Below are positions 42,889 to 53,026 of a DNA stretch of 64,000 bases, in pieces. The DNA comes from an uncultured Actinomycetota bacterium (GTDB lineage Bacteria; Actinomycetota; Actinomycetes; Actinomycetales; Dermatophilaceae): NCBI GenBank assembly GCA_963740865.1, contig CAVUGH010000009.1:62003-126002 (forward strand). Reading direction: 5' to 3'. A program made the translations under genes and the position numbers. Numbering within the stretch: position 1 is the first letter of the stretch; every line of letters starts with the position of its first letter. A model generated the notes under the pieces. That model did not search any database. It was not told the DNA's origin and saw only the letters and a list, made by a program, of their open reading frames with translations.

Positions 42889-44168
42889 CCCGTTCGGTCA
42901 TCGCCGCGCTCAACGGCGCGTGGGAGTCCGAGCTCGTGGCTGCGGTGGAAGCCACGGCGGGCTACACCGTGGCGAGGCGGTGCGCAGACCTGCCAGATCT
43001 GCTGGCCGCCGCTGCCGCGGGCTACGGCCAGGTGGCCCTCGTGTCGGGCGACCTGCGCGCGCTCGACCGCCCGGCCCTGCACGAGCTCGCGAGCCATGGT
43101 GTCGAGGTGGCCGGGGTCGTCGCACCCGGCGACGACATCGGGGAGCGGCGGCTGCGCCAGCTCGGGCTGACCGTCGTCCTGCGCGCCGACCTGGCCAGCC
43201 ACGAGATCGACGACGCGCTCGACTCCCTCGACTCACGCGCCTCGTTGGTTGCCGACGAGGTGCCCACCCCCACAGCCGACCTGGCTGACCCCGAGACGAT
43301 CGTCAATGCACGGGTCATCGCCGTGTGGGGTCCCACGGGCGCTCCCGGGCGCAGCACCGTGGCGCTCAACCTCGCTGCCGAGCTGGCCCGCAGCGCGCCC
43401 ACCCTGCTCGTCGACTGCGACACCTACGGCTCGTCGGTGGCGCAGTCCTTGGGCCTGCTCGACGAAGCTCCCGGCGTCGCGGCCGCGGCTCGGGCAGCCG
43501 ACCAGGGTGCACTGGACCTCGCAGCCCTGGCACGGATCGCCCCGGAGGTGGTCCCCGGCCTCAGGGTCCTCACCGGCATACCCCGTGCAGAGCGGTGGAC
43601 CGAGCTTCGCGCGCCCTCGGTGGCGCACCTCCTCACCGTGGCGCGCCAGCTGAGCCAGTTCATCGTCATTGACTGCGGCTTCGCGATCGAGGACGACGAA
43701 GAGCTGTCCTACGACACCCTCGCCCCCCGACGCAATGCCGCCACCCTCACCTCACTCGAGTCCGCTGACGACCTGCTCGTGGTCGGGGCGGCGGACCCGA
43801 TCGGCCTGCAACGGCTGGTCCGCGCTGTCCAGGACCTCGCGGCCGTGCCGTCGCCGACTCCACGCATCGTGGTCAACAGGGTGCGCGCCTCCGCCGTCGG
43901 TTCCCGACCCGAGCGGCGCATCGCGGACGCGCTCGGCCGGTTCGCCGGCATGGAGGACGTCACCTACCTGCCGTGGGACCAGGTCAGCCTCGACGGTGCG
44001 ATGTTCGCCGGCAAGTCACTGGCCGAGTTCGCGCCGCAGTCCGAGCTGAGGCGTGCCATCGCAACGCTGACCACCCCGTATGCCGCGGCGGCACCGGAGC
44101 GCCGCCGCCCCGCCGCTCCCGCCGCTGATCAGGAGCTGAACAGGAGGGTGAGGCCGCCGACGGTGTAG
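42885..44168 (+). CDS. CpaE/ParA-like protein with deviant P-loop
   Basis: Receiver-like N-terminus; VWGPTGAPGRST; VIDCGF. Confidence 0.8.
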   Translation: MTRSVIAALNGAWESELVAAVEATAGYTVARRCADLPDLLAAAAAGYGQVALVSGDLRALDRPALHELASHGVEVAGVVAPGDDIGERRLRQLGLTVVLRADLASHEIDDALDSLDSRASLVADEVPTPTADLADPETIVNARVIAVWGPTGAPGRSTVALNLAAELARSAPTLLVDCDTYGSSVAQSLGLLDEAPGVAAAARAADQGALDLAALARIAPEVVPGLRVLTGIPRAERWTELRAPSVAHLLTVARQLSQFIVIDCGFAIEDDEELSYDTLAPRRNAATLTSLESADDLLVVGAADPIGLQRLVRAVQDLAAVPSPTPRIVVNRVRASAVGSRPERRIADALGRFAGMEDVTYLPWDQVSLDGAMFAGKSLAEFAPQSELRRAIATLTTPYAAAAPERRRPAAPAADQELNRRVRPPTV

Positions 44169-45478
44169 CCCACCATCAGCACGAGCAGCGGCACCTGGCC
44201 GAGCACCGCGGCCCGACGGGGGAAGAGCGAGACGGCCCGCTCGTGCGCGGCGACGACGCCCAGCACGTGGCCGGTGATGATGGCGACGACCTGGATCCCC
44301 GACACCAGTCCGGGCGCGATCAGGGACGCCGACGGCAAGACAGCTGCGGTGCCGAGCCAGTTGGCGCCGGTCCCCAAGGGATCCGACATCTTGGCGAGCC
44401 CGTTGGTGCCCTCCCAGACCCAGAGCGACCAGTAGTGCGCGACGAGGTACCCGGCCGCGATCGGGATCAGCGACGGAGCGAACGCCGTGGCCACACCGCG
44501 CACGCTGACCCCGGCCAGCCGCGCGGAGAGGATGGCCGCGGCATACAGGGAGGCGGCGACGATCACGCTGAAGGTGACCAGCGCGCCGGTCTCCCACACC
44601 CTGGCCGGGAGGCTGGAGGACTGGACGAAGGAGTACCAGCGCGTCTCGCCCGAGAAGCCGTCGTAGGCGGTGGTGCCCAGCATCACCGAGGTGACGGCCA
44701 GCAGACCGGGGGCGGCGGCGAGCTCCAACGGGCCGTGCAGCGGCGTCCGGAACACCCATCGTCGGTCGGCCCGGCGACCGAGCGGGCTGAGCGTGCCGTA
44801 CAGCGAGGACCACGCGGTGAACGGGTCGCCGCGTCGCAGGTAGGGGTCACCGAACGCCATCGCCAGCATCAGGCTGACGACGAGGTAGCCGAGGATCGCG
44901 ATGCGCAGGACGGGAAGATCAGCGTTGTTCGGGGCGATCAGCTCCAGCCAGGCGAAGGCCAGCAGTCCCGTTGCCGCGGGCCAGTACCCCAGGCGGTACT
45001 CGGCCAGCGCGAAGTCCTTCTCGATCCGCAGGGCCGCCAGGATGCCGCGGTGCAGCCAGCGGACCGGGTTGACCAGTCGCCAGATACCGCCGAACACCAT
45101 CGAGATGAAGGCGAGCCCGACCCAGAGCCAGACGTAGACGACGGACGGAACCGGGTTGTTCGCGTTGTCCTTGCCCAGGACCAGGGCCAGCAGCGTCCAG
45201 CCGGTGATGGCCAGCGAGGCGATGACGAACAGCCCGCGCACCGCCGCACTGTCGAGGGCCAGGGCGAGGGACATCGGCAGCAGCCGACCGTCCTCGCGTC
45301 GCAGCCGGGGTTGCTTCCACAGCGCGCCCAGCGCCACGAACGACACGACGAGCGCCAGGCCGGCGCCGATCAGGAGCAGGTGGAACGGCAGTGGCAGGTC
45401 TTCGCGAGATCCGACACCGTGGGCGGGCAGCGCTGCGAGGGCACGCCCCGGCAGGGCGGTGAGGGCTCCGTGGGTCAC
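44129..45478 (-). CDS. Polytopic membrane protein, hypothetical
   Basis: About 11 TM; HGVGSREDLPLP, SLIPIAAGYLVAHY and GHVLGVVAAH motifs. Confidence 0.8.
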   Translation of the reverse strand: MTHGALTALPGRALAALPAHGVGSREDLPLPFHLLLIGAGLALVVSFVALGALWKQPRLRREDGRLLPMSLALALDSAAVRGLFVIASLAITGWTLLALVLGKDNANNPVPSVVYVWLWVGLAFISMVFGGIWRLVNPVRWLHRGILAALRIEKDFALAEYRLGYWPAATGLLAFAWLELIAPNNADLPVLRIAILGYLVVSLMLAMAFGDPYLRRGDPFTAWSSLYGTLSPLGRRADRRWVFRTPLHGPLELAAAPGLLAVTSVMLGTTAYDGFSGETRWYSFVQSSSLPARVWETGALVTFSVIVAASLYAAAILSARLAGVSVRGVATAFAPSLIPIAAGYLVAHYWSLWVWEGTNGLAKMSDPLGTGANWLGTAAVLPSASLIAPGLVSGIQVVAIITGHVLGVVAAHERAVSLFPRRAAVLGQVPLLVLMVGYTVGGLTLLFSS

Positions 45479-45933
45479 TTGACGGCGATCTTCAGCAGCC
45501 GCAGCTCGGGGTGGTGGGTCTCGACCTCGTAGACACCGGGCTCGTCACCGGTCACGGTCACCGAGAGCGGCTGCCCTGCCACGAGGTCCTTCTCGACCTC
45601 GAACCCGTGGATGTGCAGCTGGTCGGCGTGGTCGCTGGTGACGGTCAGTGTGAGCTTCTCGCCGACGGCCAGGTCGACTGTGCTCGGCGCCGGCGACACC
45701 TTGTTGCCGGTGACGGTGACCGCGATGGTGCGCCCGGCTGGGCTGCTCGACGAGGAGGACGAGGAGGAAGGGGACGACGAGGTTGACGAGCTCGATGACG
45801 AGGTGCTGCTCGTGGCGCTGGTCGTGCTGCTGCCCCCGGTTTCGTCGCTCGAGCCGCCGCAAGCGGTGAGGGACAGCGCCAGGGCCAGCCCGGCGGCATA
45901 CGGAATCGGTACGCGCAGCGTCATCTTCGTCAC
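45475..45933 (-). CDS. Lipoprotein with cupredoxin-like His-rich domain
   Basis: Lipobox LTAC, Ser linker, SDHADQLHIHG...PGVYEVETHH. Confidence 0.75.
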   Translation of the reverse strand: MTKMTLRVPIPYAAGLALALSLTACGGSSDETGGSSTTSATSSTSSSSSSTSSSPSSSSSSSSSPAGRTIAVTVTGNKVSPAPSTVDLAVGEKLTLTVTSDHADQLHIHGFEVEKDLVAGQPLSVTVTGDEPGVYEVETHHPELRLLKIAVK

Positions 45934-45973
45934 GAACCCGAGTCTAAACAGCGCAATCTGACACGATGAGCGG

Positions 45974-47398
45974 GTGCCTGACCGCCTGAACTCCCTCGAC
46001 GCGTCGTTCCTCTACCTCGAGGAGGCGACCACGCCGATGCACGTGGGCTCAGTCATGGTGTTCGACCCGCCGAGCGACGGGTTCGACTACGACCGGCTCG
46101 TGCAGCTCATTTCGACCCGGATCGCCTTCGTGCCGCGCTACCGGCAACGGATCCGGCAGATCCCCGGACGGCTGGCCAACCCCGTGTGGGTGGACGACGA
46201 GAACTTCGACGTGACCTACCACGTGCGACGGTCCGCCCTCCCGAAGCCGGGCAACGACGAGCAGCTGCAGGAGTTCGTCGCCCGGATCCAGCCCCGCGCC
46301 CTCGACCGCCACCGGCCGCTGTGGGAGGTCTACCTCGTCGAAGGGCTCGAGGAGGGTCGCTTCGCCATCGTCACCAAGTCGCACCAGGCCCTCGTCGACG
46401 GCATCAACGCCGTCGACATCGCGCACGTCATCGTCGACGGCGACCCCGCGGCGGAGGGACTGGTCACCGACACCTGGCGCCCGTCGCGTGAACCCAGTGA
46501 CGTCGAGCTGCTCACCGGGGCCCTCGTCGATGCGGTCCGCCGCCCCAGCGAGGTGGTCGACAACATCCGCGGCGGCTTCGTCGACGTCAAGGAGCTGGGC
46601 ACCCGCGCCCTTACTGCCGCAGGTGATGTCGTGTCGACGCTGGCTCGCACGGCCGCCCGGCCCGCGCCGCACTCCCCACTCAACGCACCGGTGGGCGAGG
46701 CCCGCCGCTACATCATGATCGGCACAGACCTCGAGGACTACCGCAAGGTGCGCAGCCGGCTGGCGCGGGGCAACTACGCCGACGACGTCTCGATCAACGA
46801 CGTCGTCCTCGCCACCATCTCGGGCGCCTTCCGCACCTGGCTGCTCACCCGCGGCGAGTCGGTCCACTCGGGCACGACCGTGCGGGCGATGGTGCCGGTC
46901 AGCGTCTACGACGCCGACGCGAGGCACCTCGGCAGCCGCCTCACTGCCTGCTTCGTCGACCTGCCGGTGGGGGAGCCCGGTCCGTCGATGCGGCTGCACC
47001 AGATTGCCTTCGCCATGCGCCAGCAGATGGAAGGAGGCCAGGCGGTCGGCGCCGAATCCCTTGCGGGACTAGCGGGATTCGCCCCACCGACCTTGCACTC
47101 CCTCGGTGCGCGCCTCGGCTCCGCCGTGTCGCGGCGCCTGTTCAACGTGGTCATCACCAACGTCCCCGGACCGCAGCACACCTTGTATGCCGGTGACGCA
47201 CGGATGTTGTCCACCTATCCCGTGATGCCCCTTGCCAAGGGACAGGCCCTGTCCATCGGGCTGACGTCCTACGACGGCGGGGTCTACTACGGCCTCAACG
47301 CCGACCGGGACTCGATGCCCGATCTCGACGTCCTCGGCCAGAGCGTCGTCGACTCGCTCGGTGAGCTGCTCGACAGCCACCGGTCCAAGGCGCGATGA
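45974..47398 (+). CDS. Wax ester synthase/diacylglycerol acyltransferase family protein
   Basis: LDASFLYLE, PMHVG, LDRHRPLWE and NVVITNVPGP; active-site variant HQALVDG. Confidence 0.9.
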   Translation: MPDRLNSLDASFLYLEEATTPMHVGSVMVFDPPSDGFDYDRLVQLISTRIAFVPRYRQRIRQIPGRLANPVWVDDENFDVTYHVRRSALPKPGNDEQLQEFVARIQPRALDRHRPLWEVYLVEGLEEGRFAIVTKSHQALVDGINAVDIAHVIVDGDPAAEGLVTDTWRPSREPSDVELLTGALVDAVRRPSEVVDNIRGGFVDVKELGTRALTAAGDVVSTLARTAARPAPHSPLNAPVGEARRYIMIGTDLEDYRKVRSRLARGNYADDVSINDVVLATISGAFRTWLLTRGESVHSGTTVRAMVPVSVYDADARHLGSRLTACFVDLPVGEPGPSMRLHQIAFAMRQQMEGGQAVGAESLAGLAGFAPPTLHSLGARLGSAVSRRLFNVVITNVPGPQHTLYAGDARMLSTYPVMPLAKGQALSIGLTSYDGGVYYGLNADRDSMPDLDVLGQSVVDSLGELLDSHRSKAR

Positions 47399-48417
47399 CG
47401 GCGCCCACCGGACCGAAGAAGCCGCGCGCTCGCTCGCGCGGCCCGCGCCGCGGTCTGGTGCTGGGCGGCGGCGGGGTGCTCGGTGCCGCCTGGATGGTCG
47501 GCGCGCTCAAGGCCCTCGAGGACGAGCTCGGAGTCGACGCGCGTGACTTCGACGAGTTCGTGGGCACCTCGGCTGGTTCGGTGCTCGCGGGACTGCTCGG
47601 CTCTGGCGTCTCGGTGTCGGACCTGCTCGTGCACCAGCTCGAGGGCGCCATCGACGTGGGACCACTCGCGGGGTACGCCTGGGACTACGAGAAGGACACC
47701 GGCGGCGACCGCCCTGGTCTGCCCAGGGTCGGCTTCGGTTCGCGAGAGCTGTTGCGGCGCAACGCTCTTCACCTTCGCTCCCTGCCACCGACTGCCGTCC
47801 TGTCGGCGATCCTCCCCGAGGGGCGCGGCAGCATCGAGGCCGTCGGCTCGCTCGTGGGTCACGTCGTCCCGACGGGTTGGCCCGATCGACCCGGTGTCAC
47901 CGTCGTCGCCCTCGACTACGACACGGGGGCGCGGGTTGCGTTCGGGCGTCCGGACGCTCCGGAGGTGGACCTGCCCTCGGCCGTGATGGCGTCGTGCGCG
48001 ATCCCCGGGTGGTACCAGCCCGTGCGGATCGGCGAGCACCGCTACATCGACGGCGGCGCCTGGTCGTCCACCAACCTCGACCTGATGACCGGGCTCGGCC
48101 TCGACGAGGTCTACGTTCTCGCGCCCCAGGTCAGCTTCGTGCGCGACGCCCCGACCCACTGGCGCACCCGGGTGGAGCGCCAGTGGCGCAACCGCGTGAC
48201 GCTCCGGGTCCTGCGCGAGCTGGCCAGGGTCCACGAGGACGGCGCGGAGGTGACGGTGCTCGGTCCCGGCGAGGAGGACCTCGAGGCCTTCGGGTCCAAC
48301 CTGATGGACGTCAGCCGCCGACCCAGCGTCATCGCGACGTCGCTGCGCACCTCGGCCGTGGCACTGCACGACCCGGCCCCCCTGCCCGACCGCTCCGACT
48401 TCGAGGACGTTGGATGA
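47395..48417 (+). CDS. Patatin-like phospholipase
   Basis: LGGGG, GTSAG, ASCAIPG and DGG motifs. Confidence 0.9.
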   Translation: MTAPTGPKKPRARSRGPRRGLVLGGGGVLGAAWMVGALKALEDELGVDARDFDEFVGTSAGSVLAGLLGSGVSVSDLLVHQLEGAIDVGPLAGYAWDYEKDTGGDRPGLPRVGFGSRELLRRNALHLRSLPPTAVLSAILPEGRGSIEAVGSLVGHVVPTGWPDRPGVTVVALDYDTGARVAFGRPDAPEVDLPSAVMASCAIPGWYQPVRIGEHRYIDGGAWSSTNLDLMTGLGLDEVYVLAPQVSFVRDAPTHWRTRVERQWRNRVTLRVLRELARVHEDGAEVTVLGPGEEDLEAFGSNLMDVSRRPSVIATSLRTSAVALHDPAPLPDRSDFEDVG

Positions 48418-48465
48418 TGCAGCGAAGACGTGGGATGACTCAGCAAGGATGTGGATGACCCAGCC

Positions 48466-48888
48466 ATGACCCAGACCAGGATCTACCTGCCCCTCACCCC
48501 CGACGACGTGCGTCGACTGGCCGCCGAGCGGCAGATCGGCCCTGCGCCGGTCGCCGCCTTCAGCGTCACCGAACGCCTCGAACGCGCCGACGCGACGGGT
48601 CTCGAGGAGGAGTGGGAGTATGCCGCGCTGACCGAGGCCGTCGAGGCCGCAGCCGAGCTGCAGGGCACCACCGTGGCCAAGCGGGTGGTGGCAGCCGCGG
48701 ACGTCGACCCGGGCTCGGTGTCGAACGACGGTGCACGGGACGGCCTCGGCGCCGTGACCGTGTCGGCGGCCGTGCCCCTGGCGCGGATCGTGTCGTTCCA
48801 CGTCGACGAGACGGCCGGGGACCAGGGGATGGACGACCTGCTCTGGTACGACGCGACCGAGCTGGACGAGGTCCTGAGACTGCTCTGA
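48466..48888 (+). CDS. DUF6912-like hypothetical protein
   Basis: RIYLP...EEWEYAAL...RVVAAADV...FHVD...LLWYDATEL. Confidence 0.75.
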   Translation: MTQTRIYLPLTPDDVRRLAAERQIGPAPVAAFSVTERLERADATGLEEEWEYAALTEAVEAAAELQGTTVAKRVVAAADVDPGSVSNDGARDGLGAVTVSAAVPLARIVSFHVDETAGDQGMDDLLWYDATELDEVLRLL

Positions 48889-48948
48889 TCGGCCACGACG
48901 GCCCGCGGATACGAAAAACGCTGGTTCCGCCTGCTGCCCGAGGCCCCG

Positions 48949-50448
48949 ATGCTCGGGGTGGCAGGGGAGTCGGGAGGCGGCGTGGTCAGCGACACCGAAC
49001 GCCAAGCTGGACTCGACGCCGCCGTGCGGGCCAACCGTCCTGGTTCGACGACGCCCCATGTCGTCGTCGTCCTGCCGGCCTTCAGCCTCGCCGACAGCCT
49101 GCTGGCGCACTACGCGACCCGCCTCGGCGCGTACGAGCACCGCTACCTGCTCGCCACCCTGATGCTCCCGAGGATCCCAGGCTGCGAGCTGGTCTTCGTC
49201 ACCTGCGCGACGCCCGAGCCCGAGGTGCTCGAGTACTACGACCGACTCGGTTCGCCGGGTCGCCCAGGTGGTCTGCTGGAACGGTTGCACGTCGTCACCG
49301 TCGGCGACCCCACGGCACGGGCGGTGTCGGCCAAGCTGCTCGACCGGCCGGACCTGGTCGAGCACGTCCGGCAGCTCACTCGCGACCGGCTGACGCTCAT
49401 CGAGCCGTGGAACGTCACCGCCACGGAGGTCGAGGTCGCTCGAAGGCTCCAGGCCCCCCTCAACGGCACCGACCCGGCTCTGTGGCCGCTCTGCTTCAAG
49501 AGCGCCGGGCGCAGGCTGTTCCACGAGGTCGGGGTTCCCACTCCGACCGGGGTCGAGGACGTCCGCGACCTGGCCGGAGTGGGCGATGCGGTTTCGCTCA
49601 TCCGTCGGGGCCGGCCGCGTCTCCAGTCCGTGGTGGTCAAGCACGACAACAGCGGCGCAGGAGACGGCAATGTCGTCGTCGCCGTCCGTGACGGCTCGGG
49701 GCACCGCCTCGGTCGGTCCGAACTCGTCGGGGCCCTTGAGGCGTCGCTGCCGCAGTGGTACCTCACCGACCTCGGCGCCGGGGCCGTCGTCGAGGAGCTG
49801 ATGGCAGGCCGCGACGTGCGCAGCCCCAGTGCACAGGTGGACATCCTGCCCGACGGCACGGCGCGGGTGTTGTCGACCCACGAGCAGATCCTGGGCGGCG
49901 ACAACGGGCAGGTGTACTCGGGGTGTCGCTTCCCGGCCGATGCGGAGTATGCCGCGCGGCTGGGTGAGTACGCCGTGGCAGCCGGCCGGTGGCTCGCCGA
50001 CCGCGGCGCCCGAGGGCGTCTGGGCGTCGACTTCCTCGCAGTACGGCACGGGGGTAGCTGGGACGTGCGGGCCCTGGAGATCAACCTGCGCAAGGGCGGT
50101 ACGACGCACCCGTTCACGGCGCTTCGTCATCTGGCGCCGGGTGCGTACGACGTCGCGACAGGACGGTACGAGCTGGCCGACGGAACCGGCACCCGGTGCT
50201 ACCGATCGTCCGATGGGCTGACGGACCCGGCGTGGCACACCCTCACCCCCCGACAGGTCATCAACGCGGTGGCCGGTGCCGGCCTCGAGTTCGACCCGCA
50301 CCGCCGGGCCGGCGTCGTCCTGCACATGCTCAGTTGCCTGCAGGTCGACGGCCGGCTCGGCGTCACGGCCATCGCCTCCGACCCCAGCGAGGTCGAGCGG
50401 CTCTATGCCGCCACCGAACGCGTGGTGTCGTCCCTCGTCTCGGCCTGA
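48949..50448 (+). CDS. Peptide ligase PGM1-related ATP-grasp protein
   Basis: SPSAQ, STHEQILGG...QVYSGCRFPA and EINLRKGGTTHPF; start uncertain. Confidence 0.8.
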   Translation: MLGVAGESGGGVVSDTERQAGLDAAVRANRPGSTTPHVVVVLPAFSLADSLLAHYATRLGAYEHRYLLATLMLPRIPGCELVFVTCATPEPEVLEYYDRLGSPGRPGGLLERLHVVTVGDPTARAVSAKLLDRPDLVEHVRQLTRDRLTLIEPWNVTATEVEVARRLQAPLNGTDPALWPLCFKSAGRRLFHEVGVPTPTGVEDVRDLAGVGDAVSLIRRGRPRLQSVVVKHDNSGAGDGNVVVAVRDGSGHRLGRSELVGALEASLPQWYLTDLGAGAVVEELMAGRDVRSPSAQVDILPDGTARVLSTHEQILGGDNGQVYSGCRFPADAEYAARLGEYAVAAGRWLADRGARGRLGVDFLAVRHGGSWDVRALEINLRKGGTTHPFTALRHLAPGAYDVATGRYELADGTGTRCYRSSDGLTDPAWHTLTPRQVINAVAGAGLEFDPHRRAGVVLHMLSCLQVDGRLGVTAIASDPSEVERLYAATERVVSSLVSA

Positions 50449-50482
50449 TCTCCCAGACCTGTGCGGTCAGACCGCTCTGCTG

Positions 50483-51304
50483 TCAGACCCGCTCGGCGAG
50501 CCAGGGATCGACCAGTGCGTGGTAGGCGTCAGGGCGGTCGCGCCGGATGCAGTGGCCGGCGCCGTCGACCACGCGGATGTCGACGTGTGGGTTGTCCAGC
50601 TGGGCGGCGCGGGCCCGCACCTCCGGCGTGACCGGCCCGCCACGCTGTGCCAGCAGCACGAGCGTCGGCACGCGGATCTGCCCCACGATGTCGTCCCACG
50701 GCTGGAGCAGGTTGGCGATGCCGAGGTCGAGGAAGTCGAGGTCGACCTGGGCCTTCGACTCGACCCACGGCGCGAACTCGACCTCGGGCCAGGTCGGGTT
50801 GTCCGCCCGGCCCTTGTCGAGCTGGCCCTGCGGGTCCTCGGCGAACGCCCGGCACTCGGCGACGCGCTCGTGGACGATGCCGCGGGGCTGCACGCGGTGC
50901 TCGGGATCGCGCCAGGCCGGGTCCTCGAGAACCGCCGCCGACACCAGCTCGGGGCGGCGTGCGGCGAGGGCTCCCGCGAGGCCACCGCCCATCGAGTGGC
51001 CGACGACCACGACGGGCCCTGCGTGGGCTGCGGCGGCGCGCGCGACGGTGGCCTCGGCGGCGGCGTACATCGCCTCCATCGGGTCGGGCGAGCCGAGCTG
51101 CTCGGGGGTGAAGCGGGGGGACCGGCCGTGGCCCAGGAGGTCGAGGCCGACGAGGCGGTAGGTCGATGACCACCGTCGCACGGCGTCCGGCCAGCAGTCG
51201 CCGGAGTCGCCCAGCCCGTGCAGCAAGACGATCGTCGGCGCGCTCGGGTTGGTCGGTCCGGACCAGCGGTAGGTGGGGTCGGTGGCGTCGAAGGCAGGCG
51301 GCAT
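50483..51304 (-). CDS. Alpha/beta hydrolase
   Basis: HGLGD, DLLGHG, GHSMGG and GAGH motifs. Confidence 0.9.
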   Translation of the reverse strand: MPPAFDATDPTYRWSGPTNPSAPTIVLLHGLGDSGDCWPDAVRRWSSTYRLVGLDLLGHGRSPRFTPEQLGSPDPMEAMYAAAEATVARAAAAHAGPVVVVGHSMGGGLAGALAARRPELVSAAVLEDPAWRDPEHRVQPRGIVHERVAECRAFAEDPQGQLDKGRADNPTWPEVEFAPWVESKAQVDLDFLDLGIANLLQPWDDIVGQIRVPTLVLLAQRGGPVTPEVRARAAQLDNPHVDIRVVDGAGHCIRRDRPDAYHALVDPWLAERV

Positions 51305-51383
51305 ACGTGACACCATAGGTGCGCGCTGGGCTGCCCCACAGCCGCGCCCGAGCGACCGAAGCGACCCCGAGGAGCCTGCCCAC

Positions 51384-53012
51384 ATGGATGCCGTCACCCA
51401 GGTGCCCGTCCCCGTCAACGAACCCGTCCTCGACTATGCGCCGGGCAGCCCCGAGCGCGCGTCGCTCGAGGTCGCGCTCGCCGAGCTGGGCAGCTCCAGC
51501 ATCGACCTGCCGCACACCATCGCGGGCAAGCGGGTCATCGGCACGGGCAAGAAGATCGAGGTGCGCCAGCCGCACGCCCGCCGCAAGGTCCTCGGCACGA
51601 TGCGCAACGCGACCCTCGGTGACGCGCAGTCCGCGGTCGACGCGGCCAAGGCTGCGGCTCCCGGGTGGCGCGCGCTGTCCTTCGACGACCGCGCGGCGAT
51701 CCTGCTCAAGGCGGCCGAGCTGCTCTCCGGGCCGTGGCGCGCCCACCTCAACGCGGCCACGATGCTGGGCCAGAGCAAGACCGCCGTCCAGGCCGAGATC
51801 GACGCCGCCTGCGAGCTCATCGACTTCTGGCGGATCAACGTCCACTTCGCGCGCCAGATCCTCGCCGAGCAGCCGCCGCTCAACTCCAAGGGCATCTGGA
51901 ACCGCACCGACCACCGCCCGCTCGAGGGCTTCGTCTACGCGATCACGCCGTTCAACTTCACCGCCATCGCGGGCAACCTCCCGACCGCCCCGGCGCTCAT
52001 GGGCAACACCGTCGTGTGGAAGCCGAGCCCGACCCAGCAGTTCGCCGCCAACCTGACGATGGCGCTGCTCGAGGCGGCGGGCCTGCCTCCCGGCGTCATC
52101 AACATGGTCACCGGCGACGGCCTCAACGTCTCGAAGGTGGCGCTGGCCGACCCCGACCTCGCCGGGATCCACTTCACCGGCTCGACGCCGACCTTCCAGC
52201 ACCTGTGGCAGGAGGTCGGGGCCAACCTGCCGAACTACCGCACCTACCCGCGGCTGGTCGGCGAGACCGGTGGCAAGGACTTCATCCTCGCGCACCCCTC
52301 GGCGGACCCGGATGTGTTGCGGACAGCCATGATTCGCGGTTCGTTCGAGTACCAGGGGCAGAAGTGCTCGGCTGCTTCACGCGCCTACGTGCCCCGGTCG
52401 TTGTGGAAGAAGATCAAGGCTGACCTCGTGTCGATCACCAACGGCCTGAGCCAGGGCGACGTCACCGACCTGTCCAACTTCATGGGCGCCGTCATCGACG
52501 AGCGGGCCTACGCCAAGCACAGTGCGGCGATCGACCGCGCCCACGCCACCCCTGGCGTCGACGTGATCGCCGGCGGCACCTACGACGACAGCGAGGGCTG
52601 GTTCATCCGCCCCACCGTCCTGGAGATCGACGACCCGACCGATGAGTCGTTCAAGACCGAGTACTTCGGTCCGATCCTGTCGGTCCACGTCTACCCGGAC
52701 CGGCAGTACGACAAGGTGCTCGAGCAGATGGAGAGCTTCGCGCCGTTCGGCCTGACCGGCTCGATCATCGCCCAGGACCGGATGGTCATCGCCGACGCCA
52801 CGAGCCGACTGCGCTTCGCCGCAGGCAACTTCTACGTCAACGACAAGCCGACCGGCGCCGTCGTCGGGCAGCAGCCGTTTGGTGGCGGTCGCGCGTCCGG
52901 CACGAACGACAAGGCCGGCGCCGCGCAGAACCTCCTGCGCTGGACCAGTGCGCGCTCGATCAAGGAGACGTTCAACCCTCCGACCGAACACACCTACCCG
53001 CACATGGGCTGA
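51384..53012 (+). CDS. pruA: L-glutamate gamma-semialdehyde (P5C) dehydrogenase
   Basis: PFNFTAIAGNL, FTGST, GETGGK, EYQGQKCSA and GTNDKAG motifs. Confidence 0.95.
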   Translation: MDAVTQVPVPVNEPVLDYAPGSPERASLEVALAELGSSSIDLPHTIAGKRVIGTGKKIEVRQPHARRKVLGTMRNATLGDAQSAVDAAKAAAPGWRALSFDDRAAILLKAAELLSGPWRAHLNAATMLGQSKTAVQAEIDAACELIDFWRINVHFARQILAEQPPLNSKGIWNRTDHRPLEGFVYAITPFNFTAIAGNLPTAPALMGNTVVWKPSPTQQFAANLTMALLEAAGLPPGVINMVTGDGLNVSKVALADPDLAGIHFTGSTPTFQHLWQEVGANLPNYRTYPRLVGETGGKDFILAHPSADPDVLRTAMIRGSFEYQGQKCSAASRAYVPRSLWKKIKADLVSITNGLSQGDVTDLSNFMGAVIDERAYAKHSAAIDRAHATPGVDVIAGGTYDDSEGWFIRPTVLEIDDPTDESFKTEYFGPILSVHVYPDRQYDKVLEQMESFAPFGLTGSIIAQDRMVIADATSRLRFAAGNFYVNDKPTGAVVGQQPFGGGRASGTNDKAGAAQNLLRWTSARSIKETFNPPTEHTYPHMG

Positions 53013-53026
53013 CCCCTCTGAACACC

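Noticed and set aside
47287-50325. 1012-aa minus-strand ORF
   Set aside because: Antisense shadow of patatin, DUF6912 and PGM1 genes, typical of high-GC DNA; no recognisable motifs
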